DNA of 64,000 bases from a virus: positions 1 to 64,000 of the IMG/VR virus record IMGVR_UViG_3300044998_001357, one strand, 5' to 3'. Numbering within the stretch: position 1 is the stretch's first letter; each line of letters opens with the position of its first letter. Positions 48,383 to 57,392 of this stretch are shown piece after piece. The position numbers were made by a program, and so were the translations under genes. The notes beneath the pieces were generated by a model. That model had not been told where the DNA came from, searched no databases, and saw only the letters and a program-made list of their open reading frames with translations.

Positions 48383-49654
48383 ATGCCGACGCGTATTTTC
48401 TCAGGACCGGTCCATCGCTGGGAAGTCTTTGACCATGTACGACTGTTTAGCGAGATTACTCTGCCGTTCTGGGAAGCTCGGGAATACCTGATGCCCGTGC
48501 TGTACAACGCGATGACCGGCCGTGGTCAGCAGCGAGAGGTGAGTCCCGCCCACATACGGAAAATCAGAAGAGCGATGAGCGAGGGGAGTTTCACCCCCAC
48601 TCCGGCGTCGGCCAATCTGTCGCCCAATCATCGCAAAAGACTACAGATAGAGCAGGGGCGATTCACGCTGGAGGTCGATTCTGGAGACCCATTGCTGCAG
48701 ACCGATGCGGGGCACCGGTTTGAGGTGTTGTCTGCCTTTTTGCGTGACCTGCAACAGCAACTCGCGGCGGCAACCGACGAAGATAAGAAGACGAAGCTAC
48801 AAAGATGGATTCAGCAGGTACGTCAGGCTCCGATTACGGTTACCATTTATCTGGATGGCGACCCTCAGCTGGATTTTCTGCATCTGCAGTTGGGCAAGAC
48901 GGTCGATTCGGCTCATATGTTGTCCCTTCGGCTGCAACAGCAGGCCGTGGGTGACCCGGTGGTGGCGACCGCGTTTGAGGTTGCTCGACGCCTCAACAAG
49001 CACGAAGATTCTCCCTGGAGGGGCGAAATTCGTTTTGACTCCCGAGGAAAAGCGCGACTGCCTATTACCACCCTGTGTGCGCGTGGTTCTAGCGATATTG
49101 CCACCTCGCTCGTGGGACTGGCCCGGGTGGGGGTCGCCTTTGGGGTAACAGACGCCAATCAGCTGGCCGGCCTGCTTGTGGACATCTACTGCGAACTGGT
49201 CAATCACTTCGGCTCGGACGAGGACGGGCCGATGGTCGCCGGAAAGCCACTGGCCGGTCTGTCGGCAGGCGGGAAAAAGGGGCAGGCGACCATGCTGGTG
49301 GGGGTGGCCACCTGTATGGCCTACCGTGTTCTGGCGTCCTCTCGGCAGTCGCTAGAGAGCAACGATATCATGCGGATGGTAGCGGCGGTCGAACAGACCC
49401 TGAACTTTCCGGTGGCCGGCAACTTCTCCGGTCCGCTCAAGCGTGCCACCTTGGGGAAATTCGCCCGGCAGCTTTATCAGGACCGCGACGAGAGTACCCA
49501 GAACGGCGTGCCGCTTAAGCTCATTGACATCCTCTCGGCCTCGACGTTCAATCTGACTCGTCTGCCGACCTTGGAGGACTGTCCCAGTCCGCCCAGTTCC
49601 CCTTGGGACCAGATAGAACAACAGCCTTCCAGGGCCGGCTGGGAGGTTGCATGA
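48383..49654 (+). CDS. DGQHR/DndB-like (ParB-fold) protein
   Basis: QQREVSPAHIRKI...F.P.P...LLQTDAGHR...ITVTIY...Q..F..LQ..K.V. Confidence 0.6.
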   Translation: MPTRIFSGPVHRWEVFDHVRLFSEITLPFWEAREYLMPVLYNAMTGRGQQREVSPAHIRKIRRAMSEGSFTPTPASANLSPNHRKRLQIEQGRFTLEVDSGDPLLQTDAGHRFEVLSAFLRDLQQQLAAATDEDKKTKLQRWIQQVRQAPITVTIYLDGDPQLDFLHLQLGKTVDSAHMLSLRLQQQAVGDPVVATAFEVARRLNKHEDSPWRGEIRFDSRGKARLPITTLCARGSSDIATSLVGLARVGVAFGVTDANQLAGLLVDIYCELVNHFGSDEDGPMVAGKPLAGLSAGGKKGQATMLVGVATCMAYRVLASSRQSLESNDIMRMVAAVEQTLNFPVAGNFSGPLKRATLGKFARQLYQDRDESTQNGVPLKLIDILSASTFNLTRLPTLEDCPSPPSSPWDQIEQQPSRAGWEVA

Positions 49655-50760
49655 ATCTGAATTTACTCGCGCCGGTGAATCAGCTGGGCTACGGCTATGT
49701 TGGGCTCAACGTAGCCTTGGCCCTGGACAGGCTGGGCCATGAGGTTGCTCTCTGGCCCATTGGGGGAGTCCAGGCAGAACCCCGATACCACGCCCCGATT
49801 CAGAAAATGATGGAGCGGACCTTGACGTTTAACCCTGCTGCCCCATCGCTGCGTATCTGGCATCCCTTTGACCTGGCTCAGCACTGTGGTAGTCTCCGGG
49901 CCGCGTTCACCTTCTTCGAACTGAACCGGCTGAAACCAGTGGAGCGACACCACCTGCTAGCCCAAGACCTGGTCTTTGTCTCTTCAGAATGGGCACGGGA
50001 AGTTCTCGAGCGAGCAGGATTACCGAGGGAGCGCATCTATTTTGCCATGCCTGGCGTGGACCACAGCATCTTTAGTGTCCGTGAACTTCCCAAGGACTCT
50101 GTTACCACGTTCCTAAGCGTGGGGAAATGGGAGTACCGTAAGGGACACGATTTTCTGCTGCGAGCCTTTGAAGCGGCGTTTGGTAAACAGGATAATGTTC
50201 GACTGGTGATGCACTGTTATAATCCCTGTTTTCAAACGACCGAGCAGGCTAAAATCTACAACGAGCAGTGGGTCGCCTACTATCGCCAGTCGCCTCTAGC
50301 AGACAAGATTGTGATTTCTCCAGGACGACTGGAATCGCAGACTCAACTGGCAGACCTAATGGCCCAGGCCGACTGTGGGGTATTTTTGTCGCGTGCCGAG
50401 GGCTGGAACCTGGAGGCAATGGAGATGATAGCCCTGGGTCGTCCTGTGATTCTCACCAACTACTCGGCCCACACCACATTTGCCCACCCAACAAACAGTC
50501 ACCTGGTGGAAATTACCCAGACCGAACCGGCTGAGGATGGTGTCTGGTTTTCCGCCGGCGACAAACAGTGGAACGGCCAACCCGGAGAGTGGGCTCATCT
50601 GGGCGATACCCAGCTAGAGCAGACAGTCGAGCATCTTCGCTCGATTCATCGCCAAAAGCAATTAGGCACACTGGAACTAAACCATGTTGGTGCTTCTGTT
50701 GCCCGGCAATATACGTGGCATAGAACAGCATATAATATTGTGAGTGTACTTGAATCATGA
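49651..50760 (+). CDS. Glycosyltransferase family 4 (GT-B)
   Basis: FLSVGKWEYRKG.D.LLRAF; SRAEGWNL.AME.IA.G.PVI.TNYS. Confidence 0.9.
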   Translation: MNLNLLAPVNQLGYGYVGLNVALALDRLGHEVALWPIGGVQAEPRYHAPIQKMMERTLTFNPAAPSLRIWHPFDLAQHCGSLRAAFTFFELNRLKPVERHHLLAQDLVFVSSEWAREVLERAGLPRERIYFAMPGVDHSIFSVRELPKDSVTTFLSVGKWEYRKGHDFLLRAFEAAFGKQDNVRLVMHCYNPCFQTTEQAKIYNEQWVAYYRQSPLADKIVISPGRLESQTQLADLMAQADCGVFLSRAEGWNLEAMEMIALGRPVILTNYSAHTTFAHPTNSHLVEITQTEPAEDGVWFSAGDKQWNGQPGEWAHLGDTQLEQTVEHLRSIHRQKQLGTLELNHVGASVARQYTWHRTAYNIVSVLES

Positions 50761-51584
50761 AATGTTGGTCTATCGAGCGGGTTCGCACCCCGGAAAACTG
50801 CGGGGTTGTGACCAGTGGTTACGGTGCGTATTTTCCAGGGGTGCAGTTGCTGTACTGCAGTCTTGTTTGGACCCACGAAAACCTGGAGATGCTGCTCTGG
50901 GAAATTCCGGATTGCCCGTTAACTGCCCAGCAGCGCGACTGGTGTGAGCGACAACCTCGTCTTCGGGTGGAGAAACTTACTGAATGTGTAGTACCGACCT
51001 ACTGGCGGCCGGCATGGCAAAAACCGGCCATGATTCGGCATTCCCCGTTTGAGCGAACGCTTTGGCTTGACGCGGATTGTCTGGTATTACGCTCCCTGTT
51101 GCCTGTATTGGAACACATACAACAGCATCCTTTGTTCTTGACGCCCAACACGATTTACACGCCCAATCATCCCCAGCTGGCCGCTCAATTGGGCATCACG
51201 GACCGCAAAGAGCTCTTCACGCTCAATACCGCCATTGTGGGCTACCACCAGGGACGAGAGGACCATCGCAAGCTGGTGGAACGCTGGTGTGAACTGACCC
51301 GCCGGATTGGTTCTCATCCCGACCATCTGGAGAAATACGTCAGCAACGCCGACGAGGGCGTTCTGCGAACCGTTTTGCAGCTGGAGTCGCAGACCCATAT
51401 CGTCTGGCCGGATTTACACTGGGCCTGGCCGGTGTGGCATGGCCATGACTATCGTCAGGGCAGTCTGGAAGACACGAATAATCTTCTGTCGCGATGGCCC
51501 CATGAATACGTGGTTCATTTTCTCGGTCAGCCCAAAATCTGGGCACCCTCTGAGTTGCTCGACATCGAACCCCACAGGATTTGA
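50757..51584 (+). CDS. GT-A fold glycosyltransferase (GT8-like)
   Basis: W.KP..I, TLWLDADC (DxD), LNTAI, DE..L, VVHFLG.PKIW. Confidence 0.75.
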   Translation: MKCWSIERVRTPENCGVVTSGYGAYFPGVQLLYCSLVWTHENLEMLLWEIPDCPLTAQQRDWCERQPRLRVEKLTECVVPTYWRPAWQKPAMIRHSPFERTLWLDADCLVLRSLLPVLEHIQQHPLFLTPNTIYTPNHPQLAAQLGITDRKELFTLNTAIVGYHQGREDHRKLVERWCELTRRIGSHPDHLEKYVSNADEGVLRTVLQLESQTHIVWPDLHWAWPVWHGHDYRQGSLEDTNNLLSRWPHEYVVHFLGQPKIWAPSELLDIEPHRI

Positions 51585-51587
51585 AAC

Positions 51588-52073
51588 ATGAGTGATGTAA
51601 CAATTAGAGAGTTAGAGTATATTGATTTGAGTAATGGATTCATTGAAACACTATGTCGGTTGAGTCCAACCACCACCAAAAACATCGTTCAGTCCATGGA
51701 CATCATTAACAAGCTTCGTCAAACGGAGACGACCACGGTGCTAGTGGCCCAGAAACTCGATAGGGAGATTATCGGGACTGCCACTCTGGTGCTGATGCCG
51801 AAATTTATACATAACGGCGGGGTCGTGGGTCAAATCGAGGATGTTGTTGTGAAGGACGCCTGGTCCCGGCAAGGGATTGGCTCTGCTTTGGTGCGCCGGT
51901 GTATATCGCTGGCGAAAGAAAAGAAGTGCTACAAGGTGGTTCTCCACTGCAAGGAAGAAATTCAATATTTTTATACTTCGCTGGGTTTTCGGCCTCACGA
52001 AGTAGCACTACGACTTGACCTGGGCGGTGAAAATGAGTTTTCAACAGGCGAAGAAGTCAGGGAGGGTCGCTGA
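51588..52073 (+). CDS. GNAT acetyltransferase, glucosamine-6-phosphate N-acetyltransferase-like
   Basis: KFIHNGGVVGQIEDVVV...RQGIG...CYKVVL.C...FY..LGF. Confidence 0.85.
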   Translation: MSDVTIRELEYIDLSNGFIETLCRLSPTTTKNIVQSMDIINKLRQTETTTVLVAQKLDREIIGTATLVLMPKFIHNGGVVGQIEDVVVKDAWSRQGIGSALVRRCISLAKEKKCYKVVLHCKEEIQYFYTSLGFRPHEVALRLDLGGENEFSTGEEVREGR

Positions 52074-52539
52074 ACAAATCGTGGGCGAAATCCTCCGAAA
52101 GGCTGGGGTTGTTTGTAGACGACACGAAGGAAAAAACTCAGAATGGGATTTGCAATGCGTACTATCGACCGGGATTGTGTTTACCATTGAGGTGAAATAC
52201 GACCTGCTTGCATCGACTACAGGAAACATAGCCATCGAGTACGCCAATCCCCGCACAAACAAACCCTCCGGCCTATTCGCGACCAAGTCAAATCTATGGT
52301 TCATTGTTTTGGATAAGCCGTTGTCGGTATGGGTTGCCAAAACAGAAGACCTAAAGCTTTTTTTTTCGACTCAACCTCCACTGAAAATCATCGAGAAGGC
52401 TGGAGACGGCAACGCCGCCTTAAGACTTTATTCCAAGGACCACATTCTCGATTCTGTTTTTTCACGACTGGACGAGTTGCCTCCCTGGTCTATCTTCAAG
52501 GAGTTGGAAAACTTGTTGGGTTGCAATCCACTGGAATGA
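52033..52539 (+). CDS. PD-(D/E)XK-like phage nuclease
   Basis: G..AE...WDL...IEVKYD...TGNIAIEY...PSGL.AT. Confidence 0.65.
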   Translation: MSFQQAKKSGRVAEQIVGEILRKAGVVCRRHEGKNSEWDLQCVLSTGIVFTIEVKYDLLASTTGNIAIEYANPRTNKPSGLFATKSNLWFIVLDKPLSVWVAKTEDLKLFFSTQPPLKIIEKAGDGNAALRLYSKDHILDSVFSRLDELPPWSIFKELENLLGCNPLE

Positions 52540-52546
52540 GGTTAGG

Positions 52547-52957
52547 ATGATGAAAATTGAGGTCTTATTGGTTGCTTGTGCTCCAAATGTAACGTCTCCT
52601 GCTTATAGCGCGGTGCTTTGTTGTGATACTCCTGAGGGACTGGCCTTTCCTCGCCGTGAACTGGATGAGAACTGTTCTTCTTTAGAGACCGCTGCGAAGA
52701 TGCTTGAAGATTCTTTGGGTTTGCAGGCCCGAATTTTTGGACACGGCTGGGTGGATTTGCTTCCTCTGCCTGTTGCGGACCACGCTCTGCGAGTTCGCGA
52801 CGGAATTCGTTGGATTGGGCTGGCTTACAGCTGTATCATTCCGCAGCGAGTGAAGCCAAAGCAAGACGCAAAATGGGTGGAATTGGCTGAGATTGTTGTA
52901 TCGAGGATGGTTGAAGACCATCTCGATATTCTGCACACATCTTGTCAACGGAGCTAA
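52547..52957 (+). CDS. Hypothetical protein, possibly degenerate NUDIX fold
   Basis: FP..EL.E..S.LETA.KMLE..LGL. Confidence 0.45.
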   Translation: MMKIEVLLVACAPNVTSPAYSAVLCCDTPEGLAFPRRELDENCSSLETAAKMLEDSLGLQARIFGHGWVDLLPLPVADHALRVRDGIRWIGLAYSCIIPQRVKPKQDAKWVELAEIVVSRMVEDHLDILHTSCQRS

Positions 52958-52960
52958 GTC

Positions 52961-53296
52961 ATGTTCGGTTTCTTCTCTCGTGTAAACAATCAGCCAACTC
53001 TAACGATTAGCGTTCCTCCTGACCAGGATTATGTTAAACTTGATTTGAACCTTGGCAAATCCCCAACCCCTGAAGCTCTTCGCGACTTTGGACGGCTACT
53101 GTTTTATCTCAATCGAGGCGTATTGGTTTCTCTTATTATTAATACGCTCAAGCAGTTAGACCAAGAGCGCTCCGAAATTATTCTCAAAGAGTGGGACATG
53201 ATGGAGAAAAAAGGAAGCGCCATGATGTCTGTTCCGTTGATTCGGCCAACTCAGGTGTTTTCACAAAATAGAATGGAGAATAGTAAAGATGATTGA
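52961..53296 (+). CDS. Hypothetical protein
   Basis: GGAG RBS; overlaps thyX start. Confidence 0.55.
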   Translation: MFGFFSRVNNQPTLTISVPPDQDYVKLDLNLGKSPTPEALRDFGRLLFYLNRGVLVSLIINTLKQLDQERSEIILKEWDMMEKKGSAMMSVPLIRPTQVFSQNRMENSKDD

Positions 53297-54155
53297 GGCT
53301 CGGATTGTGTGTGATTCACTTAGTAAAGCCGGCACTCGGCTAACAACTTTTGTGCTCACCTATCCACGCTTTATCCATTCGGAACTGATGACGCACCGGT
53401 GTTTTAGCCGCAATGCCGCCTCGAGTCGTGCGATTCCCATTAGCCGAATGCTGGCGTCGGTATTGAACAATCCCGCCGAGCCGGTTGAGTGGGGTGCCAA
53501 TAATCCCGGAATGCAATCCAAGACTCTTTTGACCGGCTGGCGAAAAGTTGCCGCTCGCCGGCTGTGGCGATTTTCCTCGAAAGTCGCCTGCGTGATATCT
53601 TGGGGTTTAAGCAAGCTGGGCACCCACAAGCAGATTGCCAATCGGGTGACCGAGCCTTATGCGCATATACAGACCATTGTGACCGCCACCGACTTTGAAA
53701 ACTTCTTCTGTCTGCGTGCCCACAAGGACGCTCAACCCGAATTCAAATATCTGGCATTTCTAATGCTTCGTGCCTACATTGAGTCTACGCCCAAAAGCCT
53801 GGAGGTTGGGCAGTGGCATCTACCCTTTGCCGATAAGTATATTCCTGAGGGATTGACCGAGGCACAACTACTCAAGATTACCACGGCTCGCTGCGCCCGG
53901 GTGTCGTACGCCAACTTCGAGGGTGATATCGACTTTCAGAAGGACTACAAGCTACACGACAGTCTGTTGGAAAATGGCCACATGTCTCCCTTCGAGCACG
54001 CGGCACGCTGTGAAGACAGTCTGGTTTGTTCGGGTAATCTACGTGGCTTTACTCAGTATCGTAAACTGTTCCATAACGAGTGTCGAACATTGAGTATGAG
54101 CGAGGCAAAGGTCTTGCTGGAACAGTGGCTTGCCGAAATGGGGGTGACTGCTTGA
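53289..54155 (+). CDS. thyX: FAD-dependent thymidylate synthase, phage type
   Basis: PRFIHSELMTHR.FSRNAASSRAIP; NFF.LR...AQPE; ARCARVSY; H.SPFEH. Confidence 0.88.
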   Translation: MIEARIVCDSLSKAGTRLTTFVLTYPRFIHSELMTHRCFSRNAASSRAIPISRMLASVLNNPAEPVEWGANNPGMQSKTLLTGWRKVAARRLWRFSSKVACVISWGLSKLGTHKQIANRVTEPYAHIQTIVTATDFENFFCLRAHKDAQPEFKYLAFLMLRAYIESTPKSLEVGQWHLPFADKYIPEGLTEAQLLKITTARCARVSYANFEGDIDFQKDYKLHDSLLENGHMSPFEHAARCEDSLVCSGNLRGFTQYRKLFHNECRTLSMSEAKVLLEQWLAEMGVTA

Positions 54156-54733
54156 GAATTCTGTGGCAGAAGTGGATTGACCCCATTGCGCCGCTGGTTA
54201 CCGGCTCTAAGCAGGACAGGGTCGATGAAGAGGGTGATGGCGATTCTTCGGTTATGGACCACGCCAGGGGAATACATTTTGGGCCTGGAATCATTGGTCC
54301 TCTCGGAATTGTGCCGCTTCACGAGAGCATCCTACCTAGCCGTCTTTACAACTTCTGGATGGCCAACTGCGACTTTGACCTTTCGGCTCGGGTCGTTGAA
54401 CTACTTGAGTGTGTGCGTGGTGTCGAGACGCTAGACATCTTTACTCGCTACCGTTTTCGGGTGGCGATTGGAAAGGTGTTCGACGAACACCTTGTGAAAC
54501 AAGAGATTGAAAAAATTCTTACCGGGCAAAGGGTTCTTCCCGGCAAGATTGATTTTTTGCGTTCGAAATTGCCTGAGGTTTACACGTTCTGGGCAATTCT
54601 GATTAACCATAAATATATCGATTTTGTTGTTGCTGATACCCCCGAAGGCCTCAGGCATCAAGTTGGCGTTAAGAAAGGCCCCGCAGAGGAAATCATTTGG
54701 TGCTGGGATGAGCAAACGAAGAGTAGTGACTGA
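54152..54733 (+). CDS. Hypothetical protein
   Basis: TTG start overlapping thyX stop; NFW..NCDFDL...GVETL...RYRF...IGKVF. Confidence 0.55.
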   Translation: MRILWQKWIDPIAPLVTGSKQDRVDEEGDGDSSVMDHARGIHFGPGIIGPLGIVPLHESILPSRLYNFWMANCDFDLSARVVELLECVRGVETLDIFTRYRFRVAIGKVFDEHLVKQEIEKILTGQRVLPGKIDFLRSKLPEVYTFWAILINHKYIDFVVADTPEGLRHQVGVKKGPAEEIIWCWDEQTKSSD

Positions 54734-55247
54734 TGCCGAGTTCAACAAGGCACTCTATGGCGTGCCTGGCGACGAGCAATCGATTCGCGATGCGTCAAAC
54801 AATAGAAATATCCTAAAATCTGTCAGTTCATCCTATCGGAGATTCCTGAGCCAGGATGTTCTTCTGGGATGTGAACTTCACGCTTTATGGCGCACGCTAC
54901 AGTATCATCGCGACGAGTATGGCCAGAAGTTCACAACATCGCTATACCGTTTTGCTCACTGGCAATGCAGGTGCGAGATACGAAAATTGTGCTTTTTTCT
55001 GCAGCAGCGCAACAAGGCCGGCTGTCGTCTACCGGTTCTTATGGTTGAGCGTGATAACTTAGTAGATAATATCAGAGATGCAATTACATGCTTAAAACAC
55101 GAGTGGATGCGCTCAATTATTGTTGATTACTATTTCTTTGGGTATTCATTGCGGCAAATCGCTGTCCGAAACGGTCTTTGCTACGAGGGTACACGCAAGC
55201 GACTGCGATTGGCCGAACGTGAACTAGGAAAAATTTTGGCTGACTGA
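54708..55247 (+). CDS. Sigma-70-like factor / region-4 HTH protein
   Basis: ALWRTL.Y....KFTT.LY; C-terminal YYF.GYSLRQIA...G...EGTR.RL..A. Confidence 0.7.
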   Translation: MSKRRVVTDAEFNKALYGVPGDEQSIRDASNNRNILKSVSSSYRRFLSQDVLLGCELHALWRTLQYHRDEYGQKFTTSLYRFAHWQCRCEIRKLCFFLQQRNKAGCRLPVLMVERDNLVDNIRDAITCLKHEWMRSIIVDYYFFGYSLRQIAVRNGLCYEGTRKRLRLAERELGKILAD

Positions 55248-55312
55248 TAGTCAATTTGTTTCCTCGGTGAGTATTATTTTTGCCTTCCATTCCCTTGAAA
55301 ACTGGAGTTGAT

Positions 55313-55615
55313 ATGAAGAGCCTAGATTATGTGGTTGAGTTCGTAAACATGGACCAAAACAAGATTAAAGACACCTTTGAAGCTGTCCGTAAGGTCGTGA
55401 AGGTCGGCCGAATGCTTGCCAAATTGACTATCACCACAACGGTCGATGACGATGCACTGGAACGATTTGAGGCGATTCTGGATGTGATTGAACCCATCGC
55501 CAAGGAACCGGCTATCTGGGAGCTTATCAAGCTCGTGTTGAGCCTGCTCAGTAAGGACAACAATCCGGCGGGGCGTGCTGCTGAACTGACTTATCTTTTG
55601 GAAAAGGCTGATTAA
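55313..55615 (+). CDS. Hypothetical protein
   Basis: GGAG RBS; T.TTVDD.AL motif. Confidence 0.55.
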   Translation: MKSLDYVVEFVNMDQNKIKDTFEAVRKVVKVGRMLAKLTITTTVDDDALERFEAILDVIEPIAKEPAIWELIKLVLSLLSKDNNPAGRAAELTYLLEKAD

Positions 55616-56397
55616 TGAACCGGTTGCTTTTTTTCCTGGCCCTGACCTCGTTGGGGCCGGCTTTTGCTGCCGACTTTGTGATTCCGCAGCAAAAGATTGT
55701 CGGAGCCGAGCAGGTGATTTCGCCGGGTGAACTGGTGACCCTGTCGGTTAGTCCACCCGAGAAAACCCCAGGACTGACTTCTACCAGCTATAAGTGGAAG
55801 ATTCTTGAAGGCACCCAGGAACGCCGCTTTGCGGTGGATGTCAACGGAAACATCTTTTTCGGCGCGGGTATCAAACCACGGACGTTCACGGCGGTGGTGG
55901 CTATTACCCATCTCTTTACCGAACGAACCGGCGACAAGGTGACACGGGCTGCCACCCACACGGAAATTCTCACCGCGACCATTCGGGTGGGCGGCGAACT
56001 TCCGCCGCCGGATGGGGACAAGACCCCAGTGGTGCCCAAGCCCGATACCGATGCCTCCTTCCCTGCGGGAAAGTATCAGCTGGCTCGTTTTGCTTACGAA
56101 GCGGGTATGAAGGTTTCGGCTTCGGGGCGGACCAAAGGTAGGGCTCTGGCGGACTCGTTCAAGAACATCGCCTCGGCGATTGCGGCGGGCGGCCTCAAGG
56201 ATGCGCGAGCGATTTTGAAGCAAACCAAGGATAGTAACGACGCTGCTCTGGGCGACCAGGTCTCTGCCTGGGAATCGTTTAGTGATGCCCTGGAAGAAAA
56301 GCTGTTTACTCTTTACCAGTCGGGTTCGTTGCGCTCGGCTGCGGATTTTGCCACCGCCTGGAATGAACTTGCCCAGGGTTTGGAGAAAGTGAAGTGA
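55615..56397 (+). CDS. Secreted protein with Ig/PKD-like domain and Pro-rich linker
   Basis: Signal peptide; PGELVTLSV...SYKW; coupled to protease gene. Confidence 0.6.
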   Translation: MNRLLFFLALTSLGPAFAADFVIPQQKIVGAEQVISPGELVTLSVSPPEKTPGLTSTSYKWKILEGTQERRFAVDVNGNIFFGAGIKPRTFTAVVAITHLFTERTGDKVTRAATHTEILTATIRVGGELPPPDGDKTPVVPKPDTDASFPAGKYQLARFAYEAGMKVSASGRTKGRALADSFKNIASAIAAGGLKDARAILKQTKDSNDAALGDQVSAWESFSDALEEKLFTLYQSGSLRSAADFATAWNELAQGLEKVK

Positions 56398-57377
56398 GCG
56401 AACTTATCCGCGCTTTTGAAAAAGGGGAACTTTCAGGCTGGTTGGGTGACAAGAACCCCGGACTGATTCGTTCGGAGTTCCGACTTCTGAGTCAGTCGGG
56501 ATATCTCAGTACGTTTGCGATTAGCGGCCGAGAAAAACGCGCCCAGAACGCGGGCCGCAAAACCATGCTGTACCTACTGGCCCGGAAGGTGCTTGGCAAG
56601 GACATTCCGCTTTATCGCCAGGAGATTGGCGACTGCGCGAGCTTTGGCGGAAAAAACGCTATCGAACTGTTGCAGTGCTCCCAGATTGCGGTGCAGAAGC
56701 AAGAAATTCGCTGGCGACCCGTCTTTCCGCCCTACACCTACGGAGCCAGTCGGGTCTACGTCGGTCGTGGTCGATTGCCACGCAAACCAGACGGTTCCTG
56801 GGGCGATGGTTCGACGGGGGCCTGGATTGCCCAGTCGTTTCTTCGCTACGGCTGCCTGTTTGCCGACGAGGCGGGTGTACCGGCCTACAGCGGCCGGGTG
56901 GCGACCGCGTTTGGCGACAGCGACCCCAGAAACGACCTGGATAAATGGCTTCCCACCGCCAAGGCCTACCTGACCGGTGCGGCGGCACTGGTTCGTACCT
57001 GGAAGGAACTGGTCGATGCTATTAGTAATGGCTATCCAGTCTTTTGTGGGTCTATGGTCGGTTTTGAGTGGCAGCCGCGCCGCGATGGGTTTCACTACCG
57101 TGGGGAAAAGTGGGCTCATCTGATGTGCTTTACCGGGGTCTGTGACGACCCCAGTAACCCCTATGCCATCCTGCAAAACAGCTGGGGGGATGTCCACGGC
57201 CGACTCAAAGATTTTGACGACGGACACCTGTTGCCACCAGGCAGTCTACGCATCCGCCGTGCGGATGCCGAGGCGATTCTGGCCGCTCGAGACAGCTATG
57301 CGGTCAGTCAGTTTCGTGGTTTTCCAGACCAGTCTCAAGAAATTCAGCGTCATATGTTTGACTTGATTGGGAAATAA
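56394..57377 (+). CDS. Papain-like (C1) cysteine peptidase
   Basis: Q.IGDC.SFG, WAHLM, QNSWG catalytic motifs. Confidence 0.8.
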   Translation: MSELIRAFEKGELSGWLGDKNPGLIRSEFRLLSQSGYLSTFAISGREKRAQNAGRKTMLYLLARKVLGKDIPLYRQEIGDCASFGGKNAIELLQCSQIAVQKQEIRWRPVFPPYTYGASRVYVGRGRLPRKPDGSWGDGSTGAWIAQSFLRYGCLFADEAGVPAYSGRVATAFGDSDPRNDLDKWLPTAKAYLTGAAALVRTWKELVDAISNGYPVFCGSMVGFEWQPRRDGFHYRGEKWAHLMCFTGVCDDPSNPYAILQNSWGDVHGRLKDFDDGHLLPPGSLRIRRADAEAILAARDSYAVSQFRGFPDQSQEIQRHMFDLIGK

Positions 57378-57392
57378 CTTTAAGGATTTGAC

